NCBI GenBank assembly: GCA_963758525.1
Contig: CAVWVQ010000001.1
Span: forward strand, 365,540-429,539
DNA length: 64,000 nt
Direction of reading: 5' to 3'
DNA from: an uncultured Phycisphaerales bacterium
GTDB taxonomy: Bacteria > Planctomycetota > Phycisphaerae > Tepidisphaerales > Tepidisphaeraceae
Below, one piece after another: positions 1 to 12,200 of the stretch. A model generated the notes under the pieces. It ran no database searches. It worked only from the letters and a program-made list of their open reading frames with translations, and was not told the origin of the DNA. The first letter of the stretch is position 1, and the number at the start of each line of letters is the position of its first letter. Position numbers and translations under genes: made by a program.

Positions 1-904
1 TACCGTATCTTTCCGCGCCTTCGCGATCCCCCGTGACTCGGCTGACGAATGTTTTCAGAAGCAGCGGAAGCAGCCGGATGGGGGCATCGATCGTGATTCC
101 TGTCTTGTAGACCAGCGCAGCCCAGCGGCTGCGATGGTGCTTTGCAAAATAGCGCACGAAACCGCATAGATACCCCTGCAAGACCCAGCCGCGATTGAGG
201 TGTGAACTCACCCGGCCCAGATGCGTGATCGATATCTCCGCGAGATAGTAGATTGACCCGAAGGCCCCCAGACGCACGCACAGATCCACATCCTCCACGC
301 CAAACTTGAATCCTTCATCCCACTGTCCGCACTGAAAAAACGGCTCGCGCCGCACCAGCAGCGCGGCTGCCGCCAATTGCGGCACCGCCGCGCTTCGCTC
401 GGCGTCGAAGGCGTGCCGATATTCGCGATACTGCTTTGAAAAGAGATTGGTCCATCGAACCGGCAACACCGCCTGGTGCAGGATCGCGCGGAGCGTGATG
501 GCATTGCGACCGGTCCGCTGCGGCATTCCATCGGAGCCGATCAGCTTCGGTCCCACGGCAACCACTTCCGAATGCTCATCGAGAAACGTCGCCAGCCCCA
601 GCAAACTCCCCGGCGGAACAACCGTGTCGTTATTCAGAAAGAAAAGATATCGCCCCGAAGCGATTGCTGCGGCCTGGTTGTTCGCCGCCGCGAAACCGCG
701 ATTGGTGTTATTGCGAATCAGGGCGACGTCCGGGAAGTCGGTTGGAATGATGTCGGCCGAGCCATCCGTTGAATCGTTGTCGACGACAATAACCTGCGTC
801 GTCACGCCCTCATGCCCATCCCGCAATGATTGCAGGCAATTGCGCAAAACTCGCTGCCCGTTCCAATTGACGATCAGAATCGAGACCACGGGTTGCACGT
901 TCAT
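1..904 (-). CDS. GT2 family glycosyltransferase (3' end runs off the window)
   Basis: Manual translation from ATG at 904: MNVQPVVSILIVNWNGQ...VIVVDNDSTDGS...NRGFAAANNQA...FLNNDT...EDVDLC. Open to position 1. ATG overlaps the sulfotransferase TGA (ATGA). Confidence 0.9.
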   Translation of the reverse strand, partial: MNVQPVVSILIVNWNGQRVLRNCLQSLRDGHEGVTTQVIVVDNDSTDGSADIIPTDFPDVALIRNNTNRGFAAANNQAAAIASGRYLFFLNNDTVVPPGSLLGLATFLDEHSEVVAVGPKLIGSDGMPQRTGRNAITLRAILHQAVLPVRWTNLFSKQYREYRHAFDAERSAAVPQLAAAALLVRREPFFQCGQWDEGFKFGVEDVDLCVRLGAFGSIYYLAEISITHLGRVSSHLNRGWVLQGYLCGFVRYFAKHHRSRWAALVYKTGITIDAPIRLLPLLLKTFVSRVTGDREGAERYG

Positions 905-1785
905 CCGCCGTACCCGTAATGGGTCATCCAGGATGTGTTGCGGACGCGATCGTAAAATTCGCGCACGGCCGGATCACCTTCAAAGGCGTTTGCCCGCCCG
1001 GTATTGAGGCCGACATTCGCAACGGCGTCGCGGAGCGTTCCGTCACTCGCTTGCAAGTCGCAAAATGCTGCCAGTTCCTTGAGGGGCAAGATCGGCTCGG
1101 CGAGGAACGTCTCGAAGCGAATGACTATTTGCGGGTTGGGCGTCTGCTTCAATGCGCGTGCCGCCTGGGCGATGTATTGCTCCCAGACCGCAAAGCCGCC
1201 TTCCAGCGTCAGGCAACGTGCCGAACCCTTGAAACCCGCGCGTTGCAGCCGAAATCGTCCGCCCGCGGCCCGCTTACCGTCAAATTCTTTTCGCCGGCGT
1301 TCCAGTTCGCGCATTTCGCGCATGCGCAGGCTGCTGGCAACGTCAACGCCATTGCGCACGATGTAGATCAGCTTCGCGCCGGGAAACAACTTGAGCCACA
1401 ACGGCAGCGTGAACAGCGTCCGCGGATCTTTCCATCCCCACGGCCGATCGAACGACAGCAGCGCGCCGCCCTTGAGCGACCATTTCTTTCCCAGAAATTC
1501 GCGCGTGCGGCTGGAAGAAAGATCATCCTCCAGACATCGCAGGGTGAGATCGAACGCGTCGGCATTTGCGAGGAAACCAAGAACCGGCTCGGGGTTATCC
1601 CACGCGGCATTCACCCGGCGCAACAACAGATCGTTCAGTTCCAGGAACCACGTCGACTCATGGTCTTCCTGCAACTCGCTCCCCTGGAACAGCCCCAGCG
1701 CGTCGAGCAGCCGGGCAATCATGGCCGTGCCGGAGCGATGCATCCCAAGGAGAATCACCGGCTGCCGGACGGACGAAAGAGCCAT
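901..1785 (-). CDS. PAPS-dependent sulfotransferase
   Basis: GMHRSGT 5'-PSB loop, WGWKDPR and IVRNG motifs. Start taken at MALSSVRQ (1785); the ORF extension to 1908 lies in a repeat. Confidence 0.88.
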   Translation of the reverse strand: MALSSVRQPVILLGMHRSGTAMIARLLDALGLFQGSELQEDHESTWFLELNDLLLRRVNAAWDNPEPVLGFLANADAFDLTLRCLEDDLSSSRTREFLGKKWSLKGGALLSFDRPWGWKDPRTLFTLPLWLKLFPGAKLIYIVRNGVDVASSLRMREMRELERRRKEFDGKRAAGGRFRLQRAGFKGSARCLTLEGGFAVWEQYIAQAARALKQTPNPQIVIRFETFLAEPILPLKELAAFCDLQASDGTLRDAVANVGLNTGRANAFEGDPAVREFYDRVRNTSWMTHYGYGG

Positions 1786-1828
1786 GAGGGCCACGATACT
1801 TCCCGATTGCCTCTGAGAGAAGCGATGC

Positions 1829-1960
1829 CAGAGACGAAGAGACGAAGAAATGACTAATGTCCAATGGCCAACAAAATCCCAAGCCACAATGACCAATGCG
1901 AGAACCAAGCTTGGGCCTTGGGGTTTGGTGCTTTGTTGGCCATTGGGCCTTGGACATTTC
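1829..1960. repeat. Degenerate 7-8-mer tandem array with inverted partner arm
   Basis: AATGACT/AATGTCC/AATGGCC units on the left; TTGGGCC/TTGGACATT units on the right; GGCCAACAAA...TTTGTTGGCC inverted match. Confidence 0.7.
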
Positions 1961-2007
1961 TGCCGCTTCCCGAGTCGACTCTCAGTTGCCAGGATTCGCC
2001 GCTCTTA

Positions 2008-2054
2008 CCCCCTCTCCCGGTACTCCGGAGAGGGTCGGGGTGAGGGTGATTTTT
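2008..2054. repeat. REP-like palindrome family A (CCCTCTCCCGGTACTCCGGAGAGGG)
   Basis: Near-identical to the left arm at 19967-20014; related copies at 6211, 18621, 41362, 46225, 48396. Confidence 0.85.
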
Positions 2055-2081
2055 GAACGCAGAAGGTCTCTCGTATCCGCA

Positions 2082-2717
2082 TCACATCACTGCTTGCAAC
2101 TCGGCGTAGAGCGACACGTATGCAGACTTCAACTGCTCGATCGCACTGGCCGTCGCCTCCGCGCCGCCCTCGGCCGGCACGTGAATCAGCTCGCCGTAAT
2201 TGATCCCCTGCTTCCAAAGCTTCAGCGGAATCCAACGGCTCGGGCGAGAGTAATTTCCCGCTCCGAGCACGACGCACGGCAGGATCGGGACGCCGGCCAG
2301 TTGGGCGAGCCGAACGACTCCGGGACGAAAATTGCCGCCGTGGACAACTGAATCTTCCTCCTCGCGGATGTGGCCCTCGGGAAACATGGCGATCACTCTG
2401 CCGTTGCGCAGCCGGCGCTGCATTTCACGGACGGACGGATTATCGCGACGGGCGCGATCGACGAAGATGCAGTTCATGTTGCGAAAAAACGGGCCGACCC
2501 ACGGCTTGCGCTGCATCTCGACAATGCTGACGAAATCCAGGTGCCGTCTGGTCGAAAGGATCAGCACCGCGGTGTCATAGGGACTCAGATGATTAGGCGC
2601 GAGAATGAACGGCCCTTCCCGGGGAACTCGATCGCGATGCAGCAGCACCCTTCGCGAGGCGGCCCACATCGGCGGCCCGCAGATCATCCAGATCGCCGTG
2701 TAATACCGATCGCTCAT
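2082..2717 (-). CDS. Lysophospholipid acyltransferase (PlsC-like)
   Basis: NHLSPYD (HX4D), FVDR, FPEG, VPILP motifs. Confidence 0.9.
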   Translation of the reverse strand: MSDRYYTAIWMICGPPMWAASRRVLLHRDRVPREGPFILAPNHLSPYDTAVLILSTRRHLDFVSIVEMQRKPWVGPFFRNMNCIFVDRARRDNPSVREMQRRLRNGRVIAMFPEGHIREEEDSVVHGGNFRPGVVRLAQLAGVPILPCVVLGAGNYSRPSRWIPLKLWKQGINYGELIHVPAEGGAEATASAIEQLKSAYVSLYAELQAVM

Positions 2718-3531
2718 TCAAGGCACCGCCCCGTCAGGGAGCCGGTGCGCGTCAATCAGCTCACGGCAGAGCGCCACGCATGCGCGTTCCAGCGCCTCGG
2801 CCATCTGCTGGCGCGGGCCGCGGCAAAAGCGTCTGATCCGACCAGATCGGTTCTCCAAATGCGATCCACACCCGCGCTCGCCGAAACGGCAGCCAGGGAC
2901 CGACGGTGTTCAGACATCCGGTGCCAAGCGCCACGCACGGAATGATCGGCACGTTGGCGCGGTAAGCAATCAGGCAGACGCCGCGTTTAATCTTCGCGCC
3001 TCGACAGACGGAGTTGAGTCCCGAAGCGACGCCGCCTTCGGGGAAGATCCCGACGACGCGCCCGGCGACCGCGCGACGGATCGCGGTGCGGATCGTGCTG
3101 ACCGGCACTCCCTGGCGGTTCACGGGGAACGCCCCGATCAGGTTCAAAAACGTCCACGACCACCATCGGCCGTAAAACTCGATGCGCGCCATGAAATCGA
3201 CGTGTCTGTCGACCATCAGCCCGATGATGAATGGCTCGAGATGGCTCAGATGCGTGCAGGCGAGGAGATACCCGCCTTCTCGCTCAGGGATTTGCCTTCC
3301 GGTCACCTTGGCGCGAACCGTCAGAAACAAGATCAGCCGACCAGTGGCTTGGAAGATGAAATAGACAACCGGGCTCCACCATCGCAATTGCGCCTGTTGA
3401 CGATGCGCTGGTATCGGGAGATCGGGCCGCCTCGGCATGCTGCGGATCGCACCTGCCGCGAGGGTTCGGCCAGCAGCGGGTTCATTCAGCGGCTCCGGGC
3501 AGCGGCAGCAATGGGCGGATGGCGGACTCAC
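2718..3531 (-). CDS. Lysophospholipid acyltransferase (PlsC-like); apparent frameshift near 2815, start uncertain
   Basis: THLSHLE, FPVNR, FPEG, VPIIP motifs. An alternative frame after ~2815 reads QQMAEALERACVALCRELIDAHRLPDGAVP to TGA at 2718-2720, abutting the next ATG. Confidence 0.82.
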
Positions 3532-4294
3532 GGTCGCCTCGCCCGCGGTCGGCGCGACGCGAGCGTTCGCTCATCGCGTCGGCAATCAGCCGGGCGTGCA
3601 TCGACACGGCACGGAAGCTGTCGCGCCATGGCCGGAAATGACTCACGCGCGTGCCAGCGGGAAAGTATCGGCACGTCACCGGCAGGCTCATCACCGTCGC
3701 GCCGGCCCAGGCCAGGCGAACGATGATCTCTGTCTCAAAACCAAAATGCCCTGCCCGGCATTTGGCCGCCGCCACAACGTCCAGCGGGTAGACGCGCAAG
3801 CCGCATTGACTGTCTGCAACGCGCTGGCCGCATTCCCAGCGAACCAGAAGATTGGAGACTCTGCGCCCCAGCAGGCTCCGGGCCGGATATTCGGCGGCGT
3901 GCTCATCGCGCGCGCCCAGCACCAACGCCGCGGGCGCCGCCGCCGCGGCGGCTATCAAAAGAGGGATATCCTCGGGCGCCAATTGACCGTCGGTATCGAT
4001 CGATACGGCGTGCGAAAATCCCGCGGCGCGGGCGGCTTCGAAGCCGGTTAACAAAGCCGCCGCCTTGCCAAGATTCGTCGCATGGGTGCGGATGTAACGA
4101 TTATGCCGGTCGTGCTGCCACTCGCTCAAGATCGACGACGTCTGATCGGATGAGCCATCATCAATGGCGAATACCGGCAATCCCGCGGTTTCCAGGCGTT
4201 TCAACACGTCCCGCAGGGTTGAGGCATTGTTGTAGGTCGGCGCGACGACGGCCGGCCGGAACAGAGAAGGCGAGTTGATCGCGGGATTTGCCAT
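3482..4294 (-). CDS. GT2 glycosyltransferase (polyprenol-phosphate/DPM synthase-like)
   Basis: PTYNNA, DDGSSD, NLGKAAAL, IDTDGQ (DxD), DSQCGLR, FETE, VSHFRP motifs. Confidence 0.9.
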   Translation of the reverse strand: MANPAINSPSLFRPAVVAPTYNNASTLRDVLKRLETAGLPVFAIDDGSSDQTSSILSEWQHDRHNRYIRTHATNLGKAAALLTGFEAARAAGFSHAVSIDTDGQLAPEDIPLLIAAAAAAPAALVLGARDEHAAEYPARSLLGRRVSNLLVRWECGQRVADSQCGLRVYPLDVVAAAKCRAGHFGFETEIIVRLAWAGATVMSLPVTCRYFPAGTRVSHFRPWRDSFRAVSMHARLIADAMSERSRRADRGRGDRESAIRPLLPLPGAAE

Positions 4295-4386
4295 GATGCG
4301 GGGAGCCGAGGCCGATTTCGGGGGCGATCTTATCCAAAACGTTTTGGTATGCTACCGCTTCGTGCCCTTCGCGGGAGCGTTGAAAC

Positions 4387-5127
4387 ATGAGTCACCAAAC
4401 CGAAGCGATGGTTAGGCGAGCGTCGTTCATATCAGCGCTCCTCTTCGCATTGAGCCTGGCGTCCGGCGTCGCCAAGGGAAGCTCCGGCATTCCGCGGGAG
4501 ACGCGCAAACTGCTCGTGCTTGCGCCGATCGTCGCGAATCCCGACCCGCAATTCAACTGGCTCGGCGTTGCCATTCAGCAGAGCCTGGCAACTGATCTGA
4601 CCCGGCAACTTCCCGTGCAGGTCGATGCCAGCGCCAGCTCAGCGAACGATGCCGCCGAGGCTGCAATCCTGGCGAAGAATGCCGGGGCTCAAAGGGTCAT
4701 CATCAGCACGATTCAAGTTGCCGGCGATCAGATCCGAATCACCGGGCAAATCATCGACTCCGCAAATCAGCGAGTGCTGCTGGCGCTCAAAGCGACCGGC
4801 CGGCTCGACGATCTGTTCGAGATGGAAGATCAGCTTTCGGGGCAGGCCGCGCGCGGGCTGATCCCGGCGCGCCCGCTGTCGAAGCAAGCTTCGCCAGCCG
4901 CGATCGCGCCTTCCGGCGCGCTTCGCCTCAACTACGCCACGGCCGACGCGCAGGCTGGCCTGCAATACGCGAGGCCCTACGAGAACAATCGTTTTCAAGC
5001 TGCGGAAGATCGTTACTTCTTCGGCTCCTCGTACGGCTCCAACTGGTGTTTCGGAGGCTGGTACGGCCTGGGCTTGGGGTGGGGTTACAGCACCTATCAT
5101 CCCGCCGCACCGGGATGGGCGTGGTAA
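4387..5127 (+). CDS. Exported protein with TolB-N/CsgG/FlgO-like domain
   Basis: Signal peptide; VLAP...WLGVAIQQSL...IQVAGDQIRITGQII...DDLFEMEDQL pattern; aromatic/Gly-rich tail. Confidence 0.6.
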   Translation: MSHQTEAMVRRASFISALLFALSLASGVAKGSSGIPRETRKLLVLAPIVANPDPQFNWLGVAIQQSLATDLTRQLPVQVDASASSANDAAEAAILAKNAGAQRVIISTIQVAGDQIRITGQIIDSANQRVLLALKATGRLDDLFEMEDQLSGQAARGLIPARPLSKQASPAAIAPSGALRLNYATADAQAGLQYARPYENNRFQAAEDRYFFGSSYGSNWCFGGWYGLGLGWGYSTYHPAAPGWAW

Positions 5128-5155
5128 GCACACTCGCGGTAATGAGCGAAGATGT

Positions 5156-5264
5156 GGTTAGCCGCGACGCGCAGCGGAGCGCGTATTTTTGGGAGTTGCG
5201 AGGGGCGAGGTAATAGCGCTGCTTCTCGTTCGAATACGCGCTCCGCTGCGCGTCGCGGCTAACC
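5156..5264. repeat. REP-like family B inverted pair between convergent genes
   Basis: GGTTAGCCGCGACGCGCAGCGGAGCGCGTATT and its reverse complement ending at 5264; other copies at 7651 and 20168. Confidence 0.9.
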
Positions 5265-5323
5265 TCAGCTCACCTTCGATCCTATCGTCAGTCAAAGCGA
5301 ACAGAACTCTCTCGCTCCGGCTC

Positions 5324-6127
5324 TCACTTCACACCGCTCAGCAGTTCCCTCGCGTATGCAGCAGACAGGCTGGCGAGATCTTTGGGGCTCCGGCCCGGAT
5401 TCGCGTTCACGACTTTGACGAACGCGCTTCCGACGATCGCGCCGTCGGCCAATCCCTGTAATTGTGCAAGATGGCGCGGCTTGGAAATACCAAAGCCGAC
5501 GCAGATCGGCCGGTCGGTCAGGCCCTTGAGCTGGCGGATCCCGTCGGCCAGATCGGCAGGGAGATTTTCGCGCTCACCGGTCACGCCGGACAGTGAAAGG
5601 TAGTAGACGAATCCGCTGCAAAGCCGGGCAATTTCGCGGCGGCGTTCGATGGTCGTGGTCGGAGCCACCAGCAGGACCGTGTCGAGGCCCCCGCCGCGAA
5701 TGACATCGCAGACTCGCTGCGCTTCAGGCGGCGGAAGGTCCGGAATGATCAGCGCATCAAACCCCGACGACTTGGCCGTCGAGACGAAACGCTCCAGCCC
5801 GTATCGATACACGATGCTGTAACTCACCATCGCCAGAAGCGGAATCGAAACCTTCGCGCGAGCGGCAGCGACTGCATTGAACACATCCGCAACCTTGAGC
5901 CCTTTGGCAAGCGCAAGCGTAAACGCCTCCTGGATCGTCGGGCCGTCGGCGATCGGATCGGAGAACGGGAAACCCACTTCGATCGCGCTGGCCCCGGCGG
6001 CATCGAGCGCGACGATGGTTTCGGTGGTCGTCGCGACGTCCGGGAAGCCCGCCGCGATAAACGGCAAAAGCCCAATGCGCTCCCGGGAACGCAAATCGTC
6101 AAATACGCTGCTGATCGTCTGTCGCAT
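5324..6127 (-). CDS. trpA: Tryptophan synthase alpha chain
   Basis: EVGFPFSDPIADGPTIQ, IIPDLPP, GVTG, VGFGIS, DGAIVGSA. Start chosen at MRQTIS (ORF extends to 6172). Confidence 0.97.
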   Translation of the reverse strand: MRQTISSVFDDLRSRERIGLLPFIAAGFPDVATTTETIVALDAAGASAIEVGFPFSDPIADGPTIQEAFTLALAKGLKVADVFNAVAAARAKVSIPLLAMVSYSIVYRYGLERFVSTAKSSGFDALIIPDLPPPEAQRVCDVIRGGGLDTVLLVAPTTTIERRREIARLCSGFVYYLSLSGVTGERENLPADLADGIRQLKGLTDRPICVGFGISKPRHLAQLQGLADGAIVGSAFVKVVNANPGRSPKDLASLSAAYARELLSGVK

Positions 6128-6210
6128 CAGGTTCTGTCTAATTTGAATGGCGCGCCCGGATGAGGTCGTCACGGCGCTGCGGGCTAAGACACGCTTTAGG
6201 AATTCGCTTC

Positions 6211-6338
6211 TCCCCTCCCCTGGGACTCCGGGGGAAGATCAGGGTGGGGGCGGCGGTCGAGGAAAAGTTGCAAATATTCTTCACTGCGGAGCAAAACGCC
6301 CCAATCCCAGCCCTCTCCGCAGTATCAGGGGAGTGGGC
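6211..6338. repeat. REP-like family A inverted pair between trpB and trpA
   Basis: CCCCTCCCCTGGGACTCCGGGGGAAG...CCCTCTCCGCAGTATCAGGGGAG. Confidence 0.75.
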
Positions 6339-6357
6339 AAGGCATCTGACAACGATG

Positions 6358-7578
6358 TCACGGACCTGGCGCAGCGATAAGCCGCGCGACTTCCTGACAA
6401 TCCTTATCCCCCCGCCCGGAGAGATTGATCACGACGATCTGATCGCGGCTCATCTTCGGTGCAATCTTCGCGACGTACGCGATGGCGTGGGCGGTTTCCA
6501 GCGCCGGCAGAATCCCCTCCAGCCGCGCCAGCAGTTGGAACGCATCCAGCGCCTCGGCGTCGCTGATCGTCACATACTCTACGCGCCCCAAGTCTTTCCA
6601 ATAGGCATGCTCCGGACCAACGCCGGGATAGTCCAGTCCGGCGCTGACGGAATGCACATCGGCAGTTTGCCCATCGTCATTCTGCAGGACATACGAGAGC
6701 GACCCATGCAGCACGCCGGGCTTGCCGGACGAGAGAGCGGCCGCGTGCAGGCCCAGCGCCGACCCGCGCCCGCCGGCTTCAACGCCGATCAGTTTCACCG
6801 ATGCATCCGGCGCAAACGGCGCGAAGATGCCGGCGGCGTTCGAGCCGCCGCCGACGCATGCGACGACCAGATCGGGCAGCCGGCCTTCGAGGGCCAGACA
6901 CTGCTCGCGCGTTTCCCGTCCGATCATCGCCTGGAACTCACGCACGATCATGGGAAACGGATGCGGCCCGACGACCGAGCCGATGATGTAATGCGTCTGC
7001 TCGACGCTGCCCATCCAGTCGCGCATCGCCTGGTTCGTGGCATCCTTCAGCGTCCTGGAGCCGCTGGTCACTTCGATCACCCGCGCGCCCATCAGCTTCA
7101 TGCGAAAGACATTGAGCGTTTGCCGGCGGATATCTTCAGAGCCCATGTACACATCGCACTCGAGCCCGAATAGTGCGGCCGCGGTCGCGGTGGCGACGCC
7201 GTGCTGCCCGGCGCCGGTTTCGGCGATCAATCGCTTCTTGCCCATCCGCAAGGTGAGCAGGGCCTGGCCGATGGTGTTGTTGATCTTGTGAGCGCCGGTG
7301 TGATTGAGGTCTTCGCGCTTGAGATAGATTTTTGCGCCGCCAAGCTTTTCAGTGAGCCGCTTGGCGAAATAGAAACGGCTGGGTCTGCCGACAAACTCCC
7401 GGAGGTAGTAGTCAAATTCGCGATGAAACGATTCATCAGCAATGGCCCGCCGATACTCCGCTTCCAGTTGCTGCAACGCGAGGATCAGTGTTTCGGGAAC
7501 GAAAACGCCGCCGTAGGGACCAAAATGACCGCTGGCGTCGGGAAGCGTTGGCGAGCTTTTTGCCACAGTGGAAGACAT
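6358..7578 (-). CDS. trpB: Tryptophan synthase beta chain
   Basis: [14 protein letters not shown] (PLP lysine), [35 protein letters not shown]. Confidence 0.98.
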   Translation of the reverse strand: MSSTVAKSSPTLPDASGHFGPYGGVFVPETLILALQQLEAEYRRAIADESFHREFDYYLREFVGRPSRFYFAKRLTEKLGGAKIYLKREDLNHTGAHKINNTIGQALLTLRMGKKRLIAETGAGQHGVATATAAALFGLECDVYMGSEDIRRQTLNVFRMKLMGARVIEVTSGSRTLKDATNQAMRDWMGSVEQTHYIIGSVVGPHPFPMIVREFQAMIGRETREQCLALEGRLPDLVVACVGGGSNAAGIFAPFAPDASVKLIGVEAGGRGSALGLHAAALSSGKPGVLHGSLSYVLQNDDGQTADVHSVSAGLDYPGVGPEHAYWKDLGRVEYVTISDAEALDAFQLLARLEGILPALETAHAIAYVAKIAPKMSRDQIVVINLSGRGDKDCQEVARLIAAPGP

Positions 7579-7650
7579 CGGACGCGATGGTAAGGGAGCG
7601 ACCAAGCAAACTGCAACAGGAGAAGGGTTTGATCCCCGCAGCTTGATTGG

Positions 7651-7680
7651 GGTTAGCCGCGACGCGCAGCGGAGCGCGTC
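7651..7680. repeat. REP-like family B single copy
   Basis: GGTTAGCCGCGACGCGCAGCGGAGCGCGT identical to the 5156 copy. Confidence 0.85.
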
Positions 7681-7701
7681 CGAACGCGCTCTGAATCTCT
7701 C

Positions 7702-8592
7702 CTACGACTTTGCCGGGGACGCGGATTCCACCGCCGCCGGCTGATCCTCCACTGCGTCTTCAGTGTCAGGAATGCTCATCCAATATCCGAGCAGCGCGCC
7801 GAACATTCCAGCGCTCGCATAATCGAGGGGGAGAGGGCGCGCCAGCGGAGCCCAGAAGCCGTCGAGCTCGCGCGAGCCGGTGTTCCAACCCTGGCTCTGG
7901 ATCGCGGCCAGCAGGTAGCCGATGACTCCGACCGCGATCGGAGCGATCCAATACCATCGTCCGGCTTGCGGCGTGGGGGAGTTTGACTGCATCACGCTGG
8001 AGCCGACGAGGCCGGCGATGAAGACCGCGGCCACGCATTGCTTCTTGGCGTCGGTCTGTGCCAGGATGAGCACGACGATTGCCATCAGAACGGTTTGCAG
8101 AGCGACGGACGTGAGAATTTTAGAAAGTTGGGGCGGCTCCGCCTCGAGGCTCGGCTCCTCCCAGAGGAAGAGCCAGATTGCGGCAATCGTCGCACCCAGG
8201 AGAGCCAGTTCGACTGCCAGTTGAGTGAAGACGCTCGCGCTGGGCGCGTAGAGGAGCACTTCGTGCATGGGGCCGCCGCGCATCGACCAGGCGCTCATGC
8301 CGGCCGAGGCCGCGCTGAGCGAGGCCAGAAACCACCTCCCGCGGAGAAAAGCGCTGGCCAGCAGCGTGCATCCGATCAGCAGCACGATGAGAGTGAAGAG
8401 CGAGAGTACGGCTGCTCCAAGGGTCGGCTGCCGCAGCAAGCTTCCGCCATGGCGGTACTCCGCGGGGATACGCAGGAGGGCGCCGGCGTACCAGAAAATC
8501 AGAAAGCAGCCCAGCGCGGTGCCGGTGAACAGCACTTGCGTTACTCGATACGACCAGCGAACTCCCGGTTCAACGTCGTCTTGTTCATCCAT
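7702..8592 (-). CDS. Hypothetical multi-pass membrane protein
   Basis: 296 aa with about 8 hydrophobic segments; ARPLPLDYAS motif near the C-terminus; co-oriented with trpBA. Confidence 0.75.
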   Translation of the reverse strand: MDEQDDVEPGVRWSYRVTQVLFTGTALGCFLIFWYAGALLRIPAEYRHGGSLLRQPTLGAAVLSLFTLIVLLIGCTLLASAFLRGRWFLASLSAASAGMSAWSMRGGPMHEVLLYAPSASVFTQLAVELALLGATIAAIWLFLWEEPSLEAEPPQLSKILTSVALQTVLMAIVVLILAQTDAKKQCVAAVFIAGLVGSSVMQSNSPTPQAGRWYWIAPIAVGVIGYLLAAIQSQGWNTGSRELDGFWAPLARPLPLDYASAGMFGALLGYWMSIPDTEDAVEDQPAAVESASPAKS

Positions 8593-8701
8593 GAGATTTA
8601 ACTCGAGCTGGCAGCCCTAACGCTATGCTAACTGCCACTCGGCTCCTATGATGAAAGAACCGTAACAGAAGTGCGGCGGATGTGCTAATAGGCCGCTGCA
8701 T

Positions 8702-8928
8702 GTGGCACGGGCATCGAAACGCAATCGCAAGTGGCGCCGTTGTGCGCGAATCGCAATTGTGGTGCAGGCTTCCAGCCTGCTTTTGCGACCGTGGCAGGCT
8801 GGAAGCCTCCACCACAACGGGACTGCGATTGCCTGACATTCGGTGTCACGTGTGTCGTGCTTAAGCGACTTTGGTAATCAATCTCTCTTTGCTCCGCGCC
8901 GCTAACACGGGCAGGATGCCCGTGCCAC
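8702..8928. repeat. Family C palindromic element with a nested family D element
   Basis: GTGGCACGGGCATC...AACACGGGCAGGATGCCCGTGCCAC matches 56601-56707. Internal TTGTGGTGCAGGCTTCCAGCCTGC...GCAGGCTGGAAGCCTCCACCACAA is bounded by GCAATCGCA/TGCGATTGC. Confidence 0.8.
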
Positions 8929-8936
8929 GGGCAAAA

Positions 8937-11502
<2,566 letters not shown>

Positions 11503-11509
11503 GGGATTC

Positions 11510-12163
11510 ATGTGCGGCCGTTACCGGTTGATGAAGCTGAATCTGCTGCTGCACGCGTTTCCCTGGATTACCGGCTTGCCGTTCGATGAATCGCAGGGCG
11601 AGGACATCGCGCCGACGCAGCCGGTGTTGGTCATCTCCAATGACAAGCCCGACGCGTTCGATCTCTATCGCTGGGGGCTGGTGCCCGCATGGGCAAAGGA
11701 CATGTCCGTCGGCAACCGCATGTTCAACGCGCGTGCCGAGACGCTTGCTGAAAAGTCCGCTTTCAAAACAGCGCTTCGCAAGCGGCGCTGCCTGATTCCC
11801 GCGGACGGTTTCTACGAATGGAAGGCTGAGCCGGGCAGCAAGCGGAAGACGAAAGTGCTGTTTGAGCTGGCAACGGGCGAGCCATTTGCATTTGCCGGCT
11901 TGTGGGATGTTTGGCGCGACCCCGAGGGGAAGTCGGTTCGCTCATGCACCATGATCACGACGACGCCAAATGAACTTGTGGCGCCGGTGCATAATCGCAT
12001 GCCGGCGATTGTGCGTGCGGAGGAGTACCGAAAGTGGATTGGGGAGGGCGACATTCCGCAGGAAGAGTTGGGGAAACTGCTGTCGCCCTACCCGGCCGAC
12101 CAGATGCGGGCCGCGCCGATTGAACCACCCGAACTACCACGCATACGCACGCTGTTCGATTGA
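11510..12163 (+). CDS. SOS response-associated peptidase (SRAP, YedK/HMCES family)
   Basis: MCGRY N-terminus (catalytic Cys2), WGLVP, FNARAET, RCLIPADGFYEW, HNRMP. Confidence 0.95.
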   Translation: MCGRYRLMKLNLLLHAFPWITGLPFDESQGEDIAPTQPVLVISNDKPDAFDLYRWGLVPAWAKDMSVGNRMFNARAETLAEKSAFKTALRKRRCLIPADGFYEWKAEPGSKRKTKVLFELATGEPFAFAGLWDVWRDPEGKSVRSCTMITTTPNELVAPVHNRMPAIVRAEEYRKWIGEGDIPQEELGKLLSPYPADQMRAAPIEPPELPRIRTLFD

Positions 12164-12200
12164 CGAAGCGCGTCCGACTCCATCTGCTAGAATCGCAACC

